64,000 nt of DNA from Hemiscyllium ocellatum (taxonomy: Eukaryota). The notes beneath the pieces are model-generated. The model saw nothing but the letters and a program-made list of their open reading frames with translations. It had not been told where the DNA came from and searched no databases. Below, one piece after another: positions 1 through 15,100 of the stretch; within the stretch, counting starts at the first letter, position 1, and every line of letters begins with the position of its first letter. The DNA lies in the NCBI RefSeq assembly GCF_020745735.1, contig NC_083418.1:13605588-13669587 (forward strand). The letters are read 5' to 3'. The position numbers were made by a program, and so were the translations under genes.

Positions 1-196
1 GTAGGTAAATCAGACCTGTGTAACTTTACACTCTGTACCAAGAGCTGTGAGATTGTGAAGTACACAGGCAAATGTCACACCACTACAGCGCCTACTACAA
101 CTCCATCTGAAACTGCAACAACAGTAACAGTAACTCCCACAACTACAGAAACAACAAGATGCTCTTGCCACGCCAATGGACAAACATTATCACCTG
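1..196 (+). CDS. Mucin repeat exon copy 1 (5'-truncated by window edge)
   Basis: VGKSDLCNF...TLSP, donor gtaagt at 197. Confidence 0.9.
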
Positions 197-3100
197 GTAA
201 GTGTCTCAACATCAATGAAATCGTTTACCATGACAAATTGCATAGGCAAGCTGGGAATCTTGCCTGAGGTGTGTCTCCATCAACCTCCCAGAACAGTGAT
301 CAAGAATGCACCCTAAACTGGTAATTCCAACATTGTGAATGGGTTGTTCTTGGCAGTTGCAGAAAGTGGAAACTTTCTTGCCTTGTTTCATTTCATCCAA
401 CAAAGGTCATTGCTTTTCTGCTGGATGAACATGTGCAGGTGGTTGTTTCTTTGGGATGTGAAAGAAGAAAGGAACTAAGTTCAATTTGCACGTACATTAA
501 TGTCCTTTGCTCATTTGTCTGTTTATATTTGCTAACCATACGTACACACCATTTAGATGTTTGCCACACCCATTTACCTCATCAATCAGCCTGTGTTGAT
601 TTCTGATTGCAATGTTCCATGCCAAATCTTGTCTTGCAGAATATGATTGTTTATAATTTTTAGGAAGATCTCATCTTTTTTGTTTCATCAATTATCTCAG
701 CTTTCTGCAATGCTGAACGAAGCTTTAAATGTCCTGGTTCTTTTTTGGAAAGGAAAGGAGAATGTTAGAATTTTCACTCTCCTCTAGAGCTTCAGTGCTC
801 TGTTTAATCTTCTGACATTTTGTTCTTGTCTGACGACACCACACCATTTATATCTTATCTCAGCCATTTACCACATCTACTGGACAGTGGCAATATTGAC
901 TTCAGATTTCATAGTTTTTAAACCATGCCAAGGTTTCCCGTGCAGGATGACATATTCTGATTTTGAGGAAGAGCTTGCAATATTTTTTCATGCAGTTTTA
1001 TTTTCTTTGAGCATAACTACAGAGATGAGCAACAGATCGAACAAATTCAAGGGCAAACGCCTGAAATGCAATGATGCCATATCTAGGTTACATTAGGATC
1101 AGTAAAATCAGCCAAATGCATTTTTGCTGTTTGGAACCTTTCTGTAAATGAAGCATATCCAGGGACATTAGCAACAGTGTAATGAATGCGATATATCCTC
1201 ACAAATAATTTTCCTGTCAAATTAGCTAGTTAGAGCATACATGACATTTGCCCATAATTTTAATGTGTCGTCTTCATGTATGGTAATTGCACAGTCATGT
1301 TTATTTTCTCATGGTTCCAAGAACAGCAGCCACTGTCGTCTATATATTGACAGGAAGGTAAATAGTGTGGCTGTGTGAGAACTCATCATGAGATGCCTGT
1401 GACATAATTTTCATGCCTTTTGTCTTCCAGGACAGGCAGTGGTGACTTCTGTAGGTAAATCAGACCTGTGTAACTTTACACTCTGTACCAAGAGCTGTGA
1501 GATTGTGAAGTACACAGGCAAATGTCACACCACTACAGCGCCTACTACAACTCCATCTGAAACTGCAACAACAGTAACAGTAACTCCCACAACTACAGAA
1601 ACAACAAGATGCTCTTGCCACGCCAACGGACAAACATTATCACCTGGTAAGTGCACCAGGTGAAATGAAAACTGGTATCATGTTGAGTTACACAAGAAGT
1701 CTGGGAATGGGAGAAAGCCCCCTTGACTGTGGATGCTTGAAATCAGAAAACAACAGTGAATTTGCTGGAAAAATTCAGCAGGTGGTCTGCCAACCTGTGT
1801 GGAGAGACAGCAGGGTCAATGAAGTCAGTGCAAATCTCTGAGCTGAGTCCATGTTATCTCTGATGGATACTCATTTGGCAATTCCAACGTAGTGAATGTG
1901 ATAGGTTCTGATTAATCATTGGTCAGCGAAGAATGCTAGTTAAAATATACTTGTCCATTCCAAAACAAGAACACGTAGTTTCAGAAGAGGAGCCACTGTC
2001 GTGACTATATTGAAACAAAGATCAATACAGTGGCAGATTGACAAGCTGTCGTGAGATGCCTGGAACATCATTTTCATGATTTTTGTCTTCCAGGACAGGC
2101 AGTGGTGACTTCTGTAGGTAATTCAGACCTGTGTAACTTTACGCTCTGTACCAAGAGCTGTGAGATTGTGAAGTACACAGGCAAATGTCACACCACTACA
2201 GTGCCTACTACAACTCCATCCGAAACTGCAACTACAGTAACAGTAACTCCCACAACTACAGAAACAACAAGATGCTCTTGCCACGCCAATGGACAAACAT
2301 TATCACCTGGTAAGTGTCTCAACATCAATGAAATCGTGTACCATGACAAATTGCATAGGCAAGCTGGGAATCTTGTCTGATGTGTGTCTCCATCAACCTC
2401 CCAGAACAGTGATCAAGAATGCGCCCTAAACTGGTAATTCCAACATTGTGAATGGGTTGTTCTTGGCAGTTGCAGAAAGTGGAAACTTTCTTACCTTGTT
2501 TCATTTCATCCAACAAATGTCATTGCTTTTCTGCTGGACAAACACGTGCAGGTGGTTGTTTCTTTGGGATGTGAAAGAAGAAAGGAACTAAGTTCAATTT
2601 GCACGTACATTAATGTCCTTTGCTCACTTGTCTGTTTATATTTGCTAACCATTTGTACGCACCATTTAGATGTTTGCCACACCCGTTTACCTCATCAATC
2701 AGCCTGTGTTGATTTCTGATTGCAATGTTCCATGCCAAATCTTGTCTTGCAGAATAGGATTGTTTATAATTTTTAGGAAGATCTCATCTTTTTTGTTTCA
2801 ACAATTATCTCAGCTTTCTGCAATGCTGAACGAAGCTTTAAATGTCCTGGTTCTTTTTTGGAAAGGAAAGGAGAATGTTAGAATTTTCACTCTCCTCTAG
2901 AGCTTCAGTGCTCTGTTTAATCTTCTGACATTTTGTTCTTGTCTGACGACACCACACCATTTATATCTTATCTCAGCCATTTACCACATCTACTGGACAG
3001 TGGCAATATTGACTTCAGATTTCATAGTTTTTAAACCATGCCAAGTTTTCCCTTGCAGGATGACATATTCTGATTTTGTGGAAGAGCTTGCAATTTTTTT

Positions 3101-6100
3101 TATGCAGTTTGAATTTTTTTTTAGCATAACTACAGAGATGAGCAACAGAGCGAACAAATTCGAGGGCAAACACCTGAAATGCAATGATGCCATATCTAGG
3201 TTACGTTAGGATCAGTACAATCAGCCAAATGCATTTTTGCTGTTTGGAACCTTTCTGTAAATGAAGCATATCCAGGGACATTAGCAACAGTGTAATGAAT
3301 GCGATATATCCTCACAAATAATTTTCCTGTCCAAATAGCTGGTTAGAGCATACATGACATTTGCCCACAATTTAAATGTGCCGTCTTCATGTATGGTAAT
3401 TGCACAGTCATGTTTATTTTCTCATGGTTCCAAGAACAGCAGCCACTGTCGTCTATATATTGACAGGAAGGTAACTAGTGTGGCTGTGTGAGAACTCATC
3501 ATGAGATGCCTGTGACATACTTTTCATGACTTTTGTCTTCCAGGACAGGCAGTGGTGACTTCTGTAGGTAAATCAGACCTGTGTAACTTTACACTCTGTA
3601 CCAAGAGCTGTGAGATTGTGAAGTACACAGGCAAATGTCACACCACTACAGCGCCTACTACAACTCCATCTGAAACTGCAACAACAGTAACAGTAACTCC
3701 CACAACTACAGAAACAACAAGATGCTCTTGCCACGCCAATGGACAAACATTATCACCTGGTAAGTGTCTCAACATCAATGAAATCGTTTACCATGACAAA
3801 TTGCATAGGCAAGCTGGGAATCTTGCCTGAGGTGTGTCTCCATCAACCTCCCAGAACAGTGATCAAGAATGCACCCTAAACTGGTAATTCCAACATTGTG
3901 AATGGGTTGTTCTTGGCAGTTGCAGAAAGTGGAAACTTTCTTGCCTTGTTTCATTTCATCCAACAAATGTCATTGCTTTTCTGCTGGACAAACACGTGCA
4001 GGTGGTTGTTTCTTTGGGATGTGAAAGAAGAAAGGAACTAAATTCAATTTGCACGTACATTAATGTCCTTTGCTCACTTGTCTGTTTATATTTGCTAACC
4101 ATTCGTACGCACCATTTAGATGTTTGCCACACCCATTTACCTCATCAATCAGCCTGTGTTGATTTCTGATTGCAATGTTCCATGCCAAATCTTGTCTTGC
4201 AGAATATGATTGTTTATAGTTTTTAGGAAGATCTCATCTTTTTTGTTTCATCAATTATCTCAGCTTTCTGCAATGCTGAACGAAGCTTCAAATGTCCTGG
4301 TTCTTTTTTGGAAAGGAAAGGAGAATGTTTGAATTTTCACTCTCCTCTGGAACTTCAGTGCTTTGCTTAATCTTCTGACATTTTTTTCTTGTCTGACGAC
4401 ACCACACCATTTATATTTTATATATATATCATTTATCTCAGCCATTTACCCCATCTATTCGACTGTGGCAATATTGACTTCAGATTTCATAGTTTTTAAA
4501 CCATGCCACGTTTTCCCTTCCAGGATGACATATTCTGATTTTGAGGAAGGGCTTGCAATATTTTTTCATGCAGTTTGAATTTCTTTGAGCTTCACTTCAG
4601 AGATGAGCAACAGAGCGAGGGCAAACACCTGAAATGCAATGATGCCATATCTAGGTTACATTAGGATCAGTACAATCAGCCAAATGCATTTTTGCTGTTT
4701 GGAACTTTTCTGTAAATGAAGCATATCCTGGGACATTAGCAACAGTGTAATGAATGCGATATATCCTCACAAATAATTTTCCTGTCAAATTACCTAGTTA
4801 GAGCATACATGACATTTGCCCATAATTTTAATGTGTCGTCTTCATGTATGGTAATTGCACAGTCATGTTTATTTTCTCATGGTTCCAAGAACAGCAGCCA
4901 CTGTCGTCTATATATCGACAGGAAGGTAAATAGTGTGGCTGTGTGAGAACTCATCATGAGATGCCTGTGACATAATTTTCATGCCTTTTGTCTTCCAGGA
5001 CAGGCAGTGGTGACTTCTGTAGGTAAATCAGACCTGTGTAACTTTACACTCTGTACCAAGAGCTGTGAGATTGTGAAGTACACAGGCAAATGTCACACCA
5101 CTACAGCGCCTACTACAACTCCATCTGAAACTGCAACAACAGTAACAGTAACTCCCACAACTACAGAAACAACAAGATGCTCTTGCCACGCCAATGGACA
5201 AACATTATCACCTGGTAAGTGTATCAACACAAATAAAATCTTATACCATGACAAATTGCATAGGCAAGCTGGGAATCTTGTCTGATGTGTGTCTCCATCA
5301 ACCTCCCAGAACAATGATCAAGAATGCGCCCTAAACTGGTAATTCCAACATTGTGAATGGGTTGTTCTTGGCAGTTGCAGAAAGTGGAAACTTTCTTACC
5401 TTGTTTCATTTCATCCAACAAATGTCATTGCTTTTCTGCTGGATGAACATGTGCAGGTGGTTGTTTCTTTGGGATGTGAAAGAAGAAAGGAACTAAGTTC
5501 AATTTGCACGTACATTAATGTCCTTTGCTCATTTGTCTGTTTATATTTGCTAACCATACGTACACACCATTTAGATGTTTGCCACACCCATTTACCTCAT
5601 CAATCAGCCTGTGTTGATTTCTGATTGCAATGTTCCATGCCAAATCTTGTCTTGCAGAATATGATTGTTTATAATTTTTAGGAAGATCTCATCTTTTTTG
5701 TTTCATCAATTATCTCAGCTTTCTGCAATGCTGAACGAAGCTTTAAATGTCCTGGTTCTTTTTTGGAAAGGAAAGGAGAATGTTAGAATTTTCACTCTCC
5801 TCTAGAGCTTCAGTGCTCTGTTTAATCTTCTGACATTTTGTTCTTGTCTGACGACACCACACCATTTATATCTTATCTCAGCCATTTACCACATCTACTG
5901 GACAGTGGCAATATTGACTTCAGATTTCATAGTTTTTAAACCATGCCAAGGTTTCCCGTGCAGGATGACATATTCTGATTTTGAGGAAGAGCTTGCAATA
6001 TTTTTTCATGCAGTTTTATTTTCTTTGAGATGACTACAGAGATGAGCAACAGATCGAACAAATTCAAGGGCAAACGCCTGAAATGCAATGATGCCATATC

Positions 6101-9100
6101 TAGGTTACATTAGGGTCAGTAAAATCAGCCAAATGAATTTTTGCTGTTTGGAACCTTTCTGTAAATGAAGCATATCCAGGGACATTAGCAACAGTGTAAT
6201 GAATGCGATATATCCTCACAAATAATTTTCCTGTCAAATTAGCTAGTTAGAGCATACATGACATTTGCCCATAATTTTAATGTGTCGTCTTCATGTATGG
6301 TAATTGCACAGTCATGTTTATTTTCTCATGGTTCCAAGAACAGCAGCCACTGTCGTCTATATATTGACAGGAAGGTAAATAGTGTGGCTGTGTGAGAACT
6401 CATCATGAGATGCCTGTGACATAATTTTCATGCCTTTTGTCTTCCAGGACAGGCAGTGGTGACTTCTGTAGGTAAATCAGACCTGTGTAACTTTACACTC
6501 TGTACCAAGAGCTGTGAGATTGTGAAGTACACAGGCAAATGTCACACCACTACAGCGCCTACTACAACTCCATCTGAAACTGCAACAACAGTAACAGTAA
6601 CTCCCACAACTACAGAAACAACAAGATGCTCTTGCCACGCCAATGGACAAACATTATCACCTGGTAAGTGTATCAACACAAATAAAATCTTATACCATGA
6701 CAAATTGCATAGGCAAGCTGGGAATCTTGTCTGATGTGTGTCTCCATCAACCTCCCAGAACAGTGATCAAGAATGCGCCCTAAACTGGTAATTCCAACAT
6801 TGTGAATGGGTTGTTCTTGGCAGTTGCAGAAAGTGGAAACTTTCTTACCTTGTTTCATTTCATCCAACAAATGTCATTGCTTTTCTGCTGGACGAACATG
6901 TGCAGGTGGTTTTTCTTTGGGATGTGAAAGAAAAAAGGAACTGAGTTCAATTTGCACGTACATTAATGTCCTTTGCTCACTTGTCTGTTTATGTCTGCTA
7001 ACCATTCGTACGCACCATTTAGATGTTTGCCACACCCATTTACCTCATCAATCAGCCTGTGTTGATTTCTGATTGCAATGTTCCATGCCAAATCTTGTCT
7101 TGCAGAATATGATTGTTTATCATTTTTAGGAAGATCTCATCTTTTTTGTTTCATCAATTATCTCAGCTTTCTGCAATGCTGAACGAAGCTTTAAATGTCC
7201 TGGTTCTTTTTTGGAAAGGAAAGGAGAATGTTAGAATTTTCACTCTCCTCTAGAGCTTCAGTGCTCTGTTTAATCTTCTGACATTTTGTTCTTGTCTGAC
7301 GACACCACACCATTTATATCTTATCTCAGCCATTTACCACATCTACTGGACAGTGGCAATATTGACTTCAGATTTCATAGTTTTTAAACCATGCCAAGTT
7401 TTCCCTTGCAGGATGACATATTCTGATTTTGAGGAAGAGCTTGCAATATTTTTTCATGCAGTTTTATTTTCTTTGAGCATAACTACAGAGATGAGCAACA
7501 GATCGAACAAATTCAAGGGCAAACACCTGAAATGCAATGATGCTATATCTAGGTTACATTAGGGTCAGTACAATCAGCCAAATGCATTTTTGCTGTTTGG
7601 AACCTTTCTGTAAATGAAGCATATCCAGGGACATTAGCAACAGTGTAATGAATGCGATATATCCTCACAAATAATTTTCCTGTCCAAATAGCTAGTTAGA
7701 GCATACATGACATTTGCCCATAATTTAAATGTGTCGTCTTCATGTATGGTAATTGCACAGTCATGTTTATTTTCTCATGGTTCCAAGAACAGCAGCCACT
7801 GTCGTCTATATATTGACAGGAAGGTAAATAGTGTGGCTGTGTGAGAACTCATCATGAGATGCCTGTGACATAATTTTCATGACTTTTGTCTTCCAGGACA
7901 GGCAGTGGTGACTTCTGTAGGTAAATCAGACCTGTGTAACTTTACACTCTGTACCAAGAGCTGTGAGATTGTGAAGTACACAGGCAAATGTCACACCACT
8001 ACAGCGCCTACTACAACTCCATCTGAAACTGCAACAACAGTAACAGTAACTCCCACAACTACAGAAACAACAAGATGCTCTTGCCACGCCAACGGACAAA
8101 CATTATCACCTGGTAAGTGCACCAGGTGAAATGAAAACTGGTATCATGTTGAGTTACACAAGAAGTCTGGGAATGGGAGAAAGCCCCCTTGACTGTGGAT
8201 GCTTGAAATCAGAAAACAACAGTGAATTTGCTGGAAAAATTCAGCAGGTGGTCTGCCAACCTGTGTGGAGAGACAGCATGGTCAATGAAGTCAGTGCAAA
8301 TCTCTGAGCTGAGTCCATGTTATCTCTGATGGATACTCGTTTGGCAATTCCAACGTAGTGAATGTGATAGGTTCTGATTAATCATTGGTCAGCGAAGAAT
8401 GCTAGTTAAAATATACTTGTCCATTCCAAAACAAAAACACGTAGTTTCAGAAGAGGAGCCACTGTCGTGACTATATTGAAACAAAGATCAATACAGTGGC
8501 AGATTGACAAGCTGTCGTGAGATGCCTGGAACATCATTTTCATGATTTTTGTCTTCCAGGACAGGCAGTGGTGACTTCTGTAGGTAATTCAGACCTGTGT
8601 AACTTTACGCTCTGTACCAAGAGCTGTGAGTTTGTGAAGTACACAGGCAAATGTCACACCACTACAGTGCCTACTACAACTCCATCCGAAACTGCAACTA
8701 CAGTAACAGTAACTCCCACAACTACAGAAACAACAAGATGCTCTTGCCACGCCAATGGACAAACATTATCACCTGGTAAGTGTCTCAACATCAATGAAAT
8801 CGTGTACCATGACAAATTGCATAGGCAAGCTGGGAATCTTGTCTGATGTGTGTCTCCATCAACCTCCCAGAACAGTGATCAAGAATGCGCCCTAAACTGG
8901 TAATTCCAACATTGTGAATGGGTTGTTCTTGGCAGTTGCAGAAAGTGGAAACTTTCTTACCTTGTTTCATTTCATCCAACAAATGTCATTGCTTTTCTGC
9001 TGGACAAACACGTGCAGGTGGTTGTTTCTTTGGGATGTGAAAGAAGAAAGGAACTAAGTTCAATTTGCACGTACATTAATGTCCTTTGCTCACTTGTCTG

Positions 9101-12100
9101 TTTATATTTGCTAACCATTTGTACGCACCATTTAGATGTTTGCCACACCCGTTTACCTCATCAATCAGCCTGTGTTGATTTCTGATTGCAATGTTCCATG
9201 CCAAATCTTGTCTTGCAGAATAGGATTGTTTATAATTTTTAGGAAGATCTCATCTTTTTTGTTTCATCAATTATCTCAGCTTTCTGCAATGCTGAACGAA
9301 GCTTTAAATGTCCTGGTTCTTTTTTGGAAAGGAAAGGAGAATGTTAGAATTTTCACTCTCCTCTAGAGCTTCAGTGCTTTGCTTAATCTTCTGACATTTT
9401 TTTCTTGTCTGACGACACCACACCATTTATATTTTATCTCAGCCATTTACCACATGTATTGGACAGTGGCAATATTGACTTCAGATTTCATAGTTTTTAA
9501 ACCATGCCAAGTTTTCCCTTGCAGGATGACATATTCTGATTTTGTGGAAGAGCTTGCAATTTTTTTTATGCAGTTTGAATTTTTTTTTAGCATAACTACA
9601 GAGATGAGCAACAGAGCGAACAAATTCGAGGGCAAACACCTGAAATGCAATGATGCCATATCTAGGTTACGTTAGGATCAGTACAATCAGCCAAATGCAT
9701 TTTTGCTGTTTGGAACCTTTCTGTAAATGAAGCATATCCAGGGACATTAGCAACAGTGTAATGAATGCGATATATCCTCACAAATAATTTTCCTGTCCAA
9801 ATAGCTGGTTAGAGCATACATGACATTTGCCCACAATTTAAATGTGCCGTCTTCATGTATGGTAATTGCACAGTCATGTTTATTTTCTCATGGTTCCAAG
9901 AACAGCAGCCACTGTCGTCTATATATTGACAGGAAGGTAACTAGTGTGGCTGTGTGAGAACTCATCATGAGATGCCTGTGACATACTTTTCATGACTTTT
10001 GTCTTCCAGGACAGGCAGTGGTGACTTCTGTAGGTAAATCAGACCTGTGTAACTTTACACTCTGTACCAAGAGCTGTGAGATTGTGAAGTACACAGGCAA
10101 ATGTCACACCACTACAGCGCCTACTACAACTCCATCTGAAACTGCAACAACAGTAACAGTAACTCCCACAACTACAGAAACAACAAGATGCTCTTGCCAC
10201 GCCAATGGACAAACATTATCACCTGGTAAGTGTCTCAACATCAATGAAATCGTTTACCATGACAAATTGCATAGGCAAGCTGGGAATCTTGTCTGAGGTG
10301 TGTCTTCATCAACCTCCCAGAACAGTGATCAAGAATGCACCCTAAACTGGTAATTCCAACATTGTGAATGGGTTGTTCTTGGCAGTTGCAGAAAGTGGAA
10401 ACTTTCTTGCCTTGTTTCATTTCATCCAACAAATGTCATTGCTTTTCTGCTGGACAAACACGTGCAGGTGGTTGTTTCTTTGGGATGTGAAAGAAGAAAG
10501 GAACTAAATTCAATTTGCACGTACATTAATGTCCTTTGCTCACTTGTCTGTTTATATTTGCTAACCATTCGTACGCACCATTTAGATGTTTGCCACACCC
10601 ATTTACCTCATCAATCAGCCTGTGTTGATTTTTGATTGCAATGTTCCATGCCAAATCTTGTCTTGCAGAATATGATTGTTTATAGTTTTTAGGAAGATCT
10701 CATCTTTTTTGTTTCATCAATTATCTCAGCTTTCTGCAATGCTGAACGAAGCTTTAAATGTCCTGGTTCTTTTTTGGAAAGGAAAGGAGAATGTTAGAAT
10801 TTTCACTCTCCTCTAGAGCTTCAGTGCTCTGCTTAATCTTCTGACATTTTTTTCTTGTCTGACGACACCACACCATTTATATCTTTTCTCAGCCATTTCC
10901 ACATCTACTGGACAGTGGCAATATTGACTTCAGATTTCATAGTTTTTAAACAATGCCAAGGTTTCCCTTGCAGGATGACATATTCTGATTTTGAGGAAGA
11001 GCTTGCAATATTTTTTCATGCAGTTTTATTTTCTTTGAGCATAACTACAGAGATGAGCAACAGATCGAACAAATTCAAGGGCAAACGCCTGAAATGCAAT
11101 GATGCTATATCTAGGTTACATTAGGGTCAGTACAATCAGCCAAATGCATTTTGCTGTTTGGAACCTTTCTGTAAATGAAGCATCTCCAGGGACATTAGCA
11201 ACAGTGTAATGAATGCGATATATCCTCACAAATAATTTTCCTGTCAAATTAGCTAGTTAGAGCATACATGACATTTGCCCATAATTTTAATGTGTCGTCT
11301 TCATGTATGGTAATTGCACAGTCATGTTTATTTTCTCATGGTTCCAAGAACAGCAGCCACTGTCGTCTATATATTGACAGGAAGGTAAATAGTGTGGCTG
11401 TGTGAGAACTCATCATGAGATGCCTGTGACATAATTTTCATGCCTTTTGTCTTCCAGGACAGGCAGTGGTGACTTCTGTAGGTAAATCAGACCTGTGTAA
11501 CTTTACACTCTGTACCAAGAGCTGTGAGATTGTGAAGTACACAGGCAAATGTCACACCACTACAGCGCCTACTACAACTCCATCTGAAACTGCAACAACA
11601 GTAACAGTAACTCCCACAACTACAGAAACAACAAGATGCTCTTGCAACGCCAATGGACAAACATTATCACCTGGTAAGTGTATCAACACAAATAAAATCT
11701 TGTACCATGACAAATTGCATAGGCAAGCTGGGAATCTTGTCTGATGTGTGTCTCCATCAACCTCCCAGAACAGTGATCAAGAATGCGCCCTAAACTGGTA
11801 ATTCCAACATTGTGAATGGGTTTGTTCTTGGCAGTTGCAGAAAGTGGAAACTTTCTTGCCTTGTTTCATTTCATCCAACAAATGTCATTGCTTTTCTGCT
11901 GGACGAACATGTGCAGGTAGTTGTTCATTTGGGATGTGAAAGAAGAAAGGAACTAAGTTCAATTTGCACGTACATTAATGTCCTTTGCTCATTTGTCTGT
12001 TTATGTCTGCTAACCATTCGTACGCACCATTGAGATGTTTGCCACACCCATTTACCTCATCAATCAGCCTGTGTTGATTTCTGATTGCAATGTTCCATGC

Positions 12101-15100
12101 CAAATCTTGTCTTGCAGAATATGATTGTTTATAGTTTTTAGGAAGATCTCATCTTTTTTGTTTCATCAATTATCTCAGCTTTCTGCAATGCTGAACGAAG
12201 CTTTAAATGTCCTGGTTCTTTTTTGGAAAGGAAAGGAGAATGTTAGAATTTTCACTCTCCTCTAGAGCTTCAGTGCTTTGCTTAATCTTCTGACATTTTT
12301 TTCTTGTCTGACGACACCACACCATTTATATTTTATATAGATATCATTTATCTCAGCCATTTACCCCATCTATTCGACTGTGGCAATATTGACTTCAGAT
12401 TTCATAGTTTTTAAACCATGCCAAGTTTTCCCTTGCAGGATGACATATTCTGATTTTGAGGAAGAGCTTGCAATATTTTTTCATGCAGTTTGAATTTCTT
12501 TGAGCATAACTACAGAGATGAGCAACAGAGCGAGGGCAAACGCCTGAAATGCAATGATGCTATATCTAGGTTACATTAGGGTCAGTACAATCAGCCAAAT
12601 GCATTTTTGCTGTTTGGAACCTTTCTGTAAATGAAGCATATCCAGGGACATTAGCAACAGTGTAATGAATGCGATATATCCTCACAAATAATTTTCCTGT
12701 CAAAATAGCTAGTTAGAGCATACATGACATTTGCCCATAATTTTAATGTGTCGTCTTCATGTATGGTAATTGCACAGTCATGTTTATTTTCTCATGGTTC
12801 CAAGAACAGCAGCCACTGTCGTCTATATATTGACAGGAAGGTAAATAGTGTGGCTGTGTGAGAACTCATCATGAGATGCCTGTGACATAATTTTCATGCC
12901 TTTTGTCTTCCAGGACAGGCAGTGGTGACTTCTGTAGGTAAATCAGACCTGTGTAACTTTACACTCTGTACCAAGAGCTGTGAGATTGTGAAGTACACAG
13001 GCAAATGTCACACCACTACAGCGCCTACTACAACTCCATCTGAAACTGCAACAACAGTAACAGTAACTCCCACAACTACAGAAACAACAAGATGCTCTTG
13101 CCACGCCAATGGACAAACATTATCACCTGGTAAGTGTATCAACACAAATAAAATCTTATACCATGACAAATTGCATAGGCAAGCTGGGAATCTTGTCTGA
13201 TGTGTGTCTCCATCAACCTCCCAGAACAGTGATCAAGAATGCGCCCTAAACTGGTAATTCCAACATTGTGAATGGGTTGTTCTTGGCAGTTGCACAAAGT
13301 GGAAACTTTCTTACCTTGTTTCATTTCATCCAACAAATGTCATTGCTTTTCTGCTGGACGAACATGTGCAGGTGGTTTTTCTTTGGGATGTGAAAGAAAA
13401 AAGGAACTGAGTTCAATTTGCACGTACATTAATGTCCTTTGCTCACTTGTCTGTTTATGTCTGCTAACCATTCGTACGCACCATTTAGATGTTTGCCACA
13501 CCCATTTACCTCATCAATCAGCCTGTGTTGATTTCTGATTGCAATGTTCCATGCCAAATCTTGTCTTGCAGAATATGATTGTTTATAATTTTTAGGAAGA
13601 TCTCATCTTTTTTGTTTCATCAATTATCTCAGCTTTCTGCAATGCTGAACGAAGCTTTAAATGTCCTGGTTCTTTTTTGGAAAGGGAAGGAGAATGTTAG
13701 AATTTTCACTCTCCTCTAGAGCTTCAGTGCTCTGTTTAATCTTCTGACATTTTGTTCTTGTCTGACGACACCACACCATTTATATCTTATCTCAGCCATT
13801 TACCACATCTACTGGACAGTGGCAATATTGACTTCAGATTTCATAGTTTTTAAACCATGCCAAGTTTTCCCTTGCAGGATGACATATTCTGATTTTGAGG
13901 AAGAGCTTGCAATATTTTTTCATGCAGTTTTATTTTCTTTGAGCATAACTACAGAGATGAGCAACAGATCGAACAAATTCAAGGGCAAACGCCTGAAATG
14001 CAATGATGCTATATCTAGGTTACATTAGGGTCAGTACAATCAGCCAAATGCATTTTTGCTGTTTGGAACCTTTCTGTAAATGAAGCATATCCAGGGACAT
14101 TAGCAACAGTGTAATGAATGCGATATATCCTCACAAATAATTTTCCTGTCAAATTAGCTAGTTAGAGCATACATGACATTTGCCCATAATTTTAATGTGT
14201 CGTCTTCATGTATGGTAATTGCACAGTCATGTTTATTTTCTCATGGTTCCAAGAACAGCAGCCACTGTCGTCTATATATTGACAGGAAGGTAAATAGTGT
14301 GGCTGTGTGAGAACTCATCATGAGATGCCTGTGACATAATTTTCATGCCTTTTGTCTTCCAGGACAGGCAGTGGTGACTTCTCTAGGTAAATCAGACCTG
14401 TGTAACTTTACACTCTGTACCAAGAGCTGTGAGATTGTGAAGTACACAGGCAAATGTCACACCACTACAGCGCCTACTACAACTCCATCTGAAACTGCAA
14501 CAACAGTAACAGTAACTCCCACAACTACAGAAACAACAAGATGCTCTTGCCACGCCAATGGACAAACATTATCACCTGGTAAGTGTATCAACACAAATAA
14601 AATCTTATACCATGACAAATTGCATAGGCAAGCTGGGAATCTTGTCTGATGTGTGTCTCCATCAACCTCCCAGAACAGTGATCAAGAATGCGCCCTAAAC
14701 TGGTAATTCCAACATTGTGAAAGGGTTGTTCTTGGCAGTTGCACAAAGTGGAAACTTTCTTACCTTGTTTCATTTCATCCAACAAATGTCATTGCTTTTC
14801 TGCTGGACGAACATGTGCAGGTGGTTTTTCTTTGGGATGTGAAAGAAAAAAGGAACTAAGTTCAATTTGCACGTACATTAATGTCCTTTGCTCACTTGTC
14901 TGTTTATGTCTGCTAACCATTCGTACGCACCATTTAGATGTTTGCCACACCCATTTACCTCATCAATCAGCCTGTGTTGATTTCTGATTGCAATGTTCCA
15001 TGCCAAATCTTGTCTTGCAGAATATGATTGTTTATAATTTTTAGGAAGATCTCATCTTTTTTGTTTCATCAATTATCTCAGCTTTCTGCAATGCTGAACG

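Noticed and set aside
1431-1646. CysD domain or chitin-binding peritrophin assignment of the repeat
   Set aside because: No WxxW motif and only 6 Cys; spacing matches the downstream exon and the MUC2/5 post-PTS module
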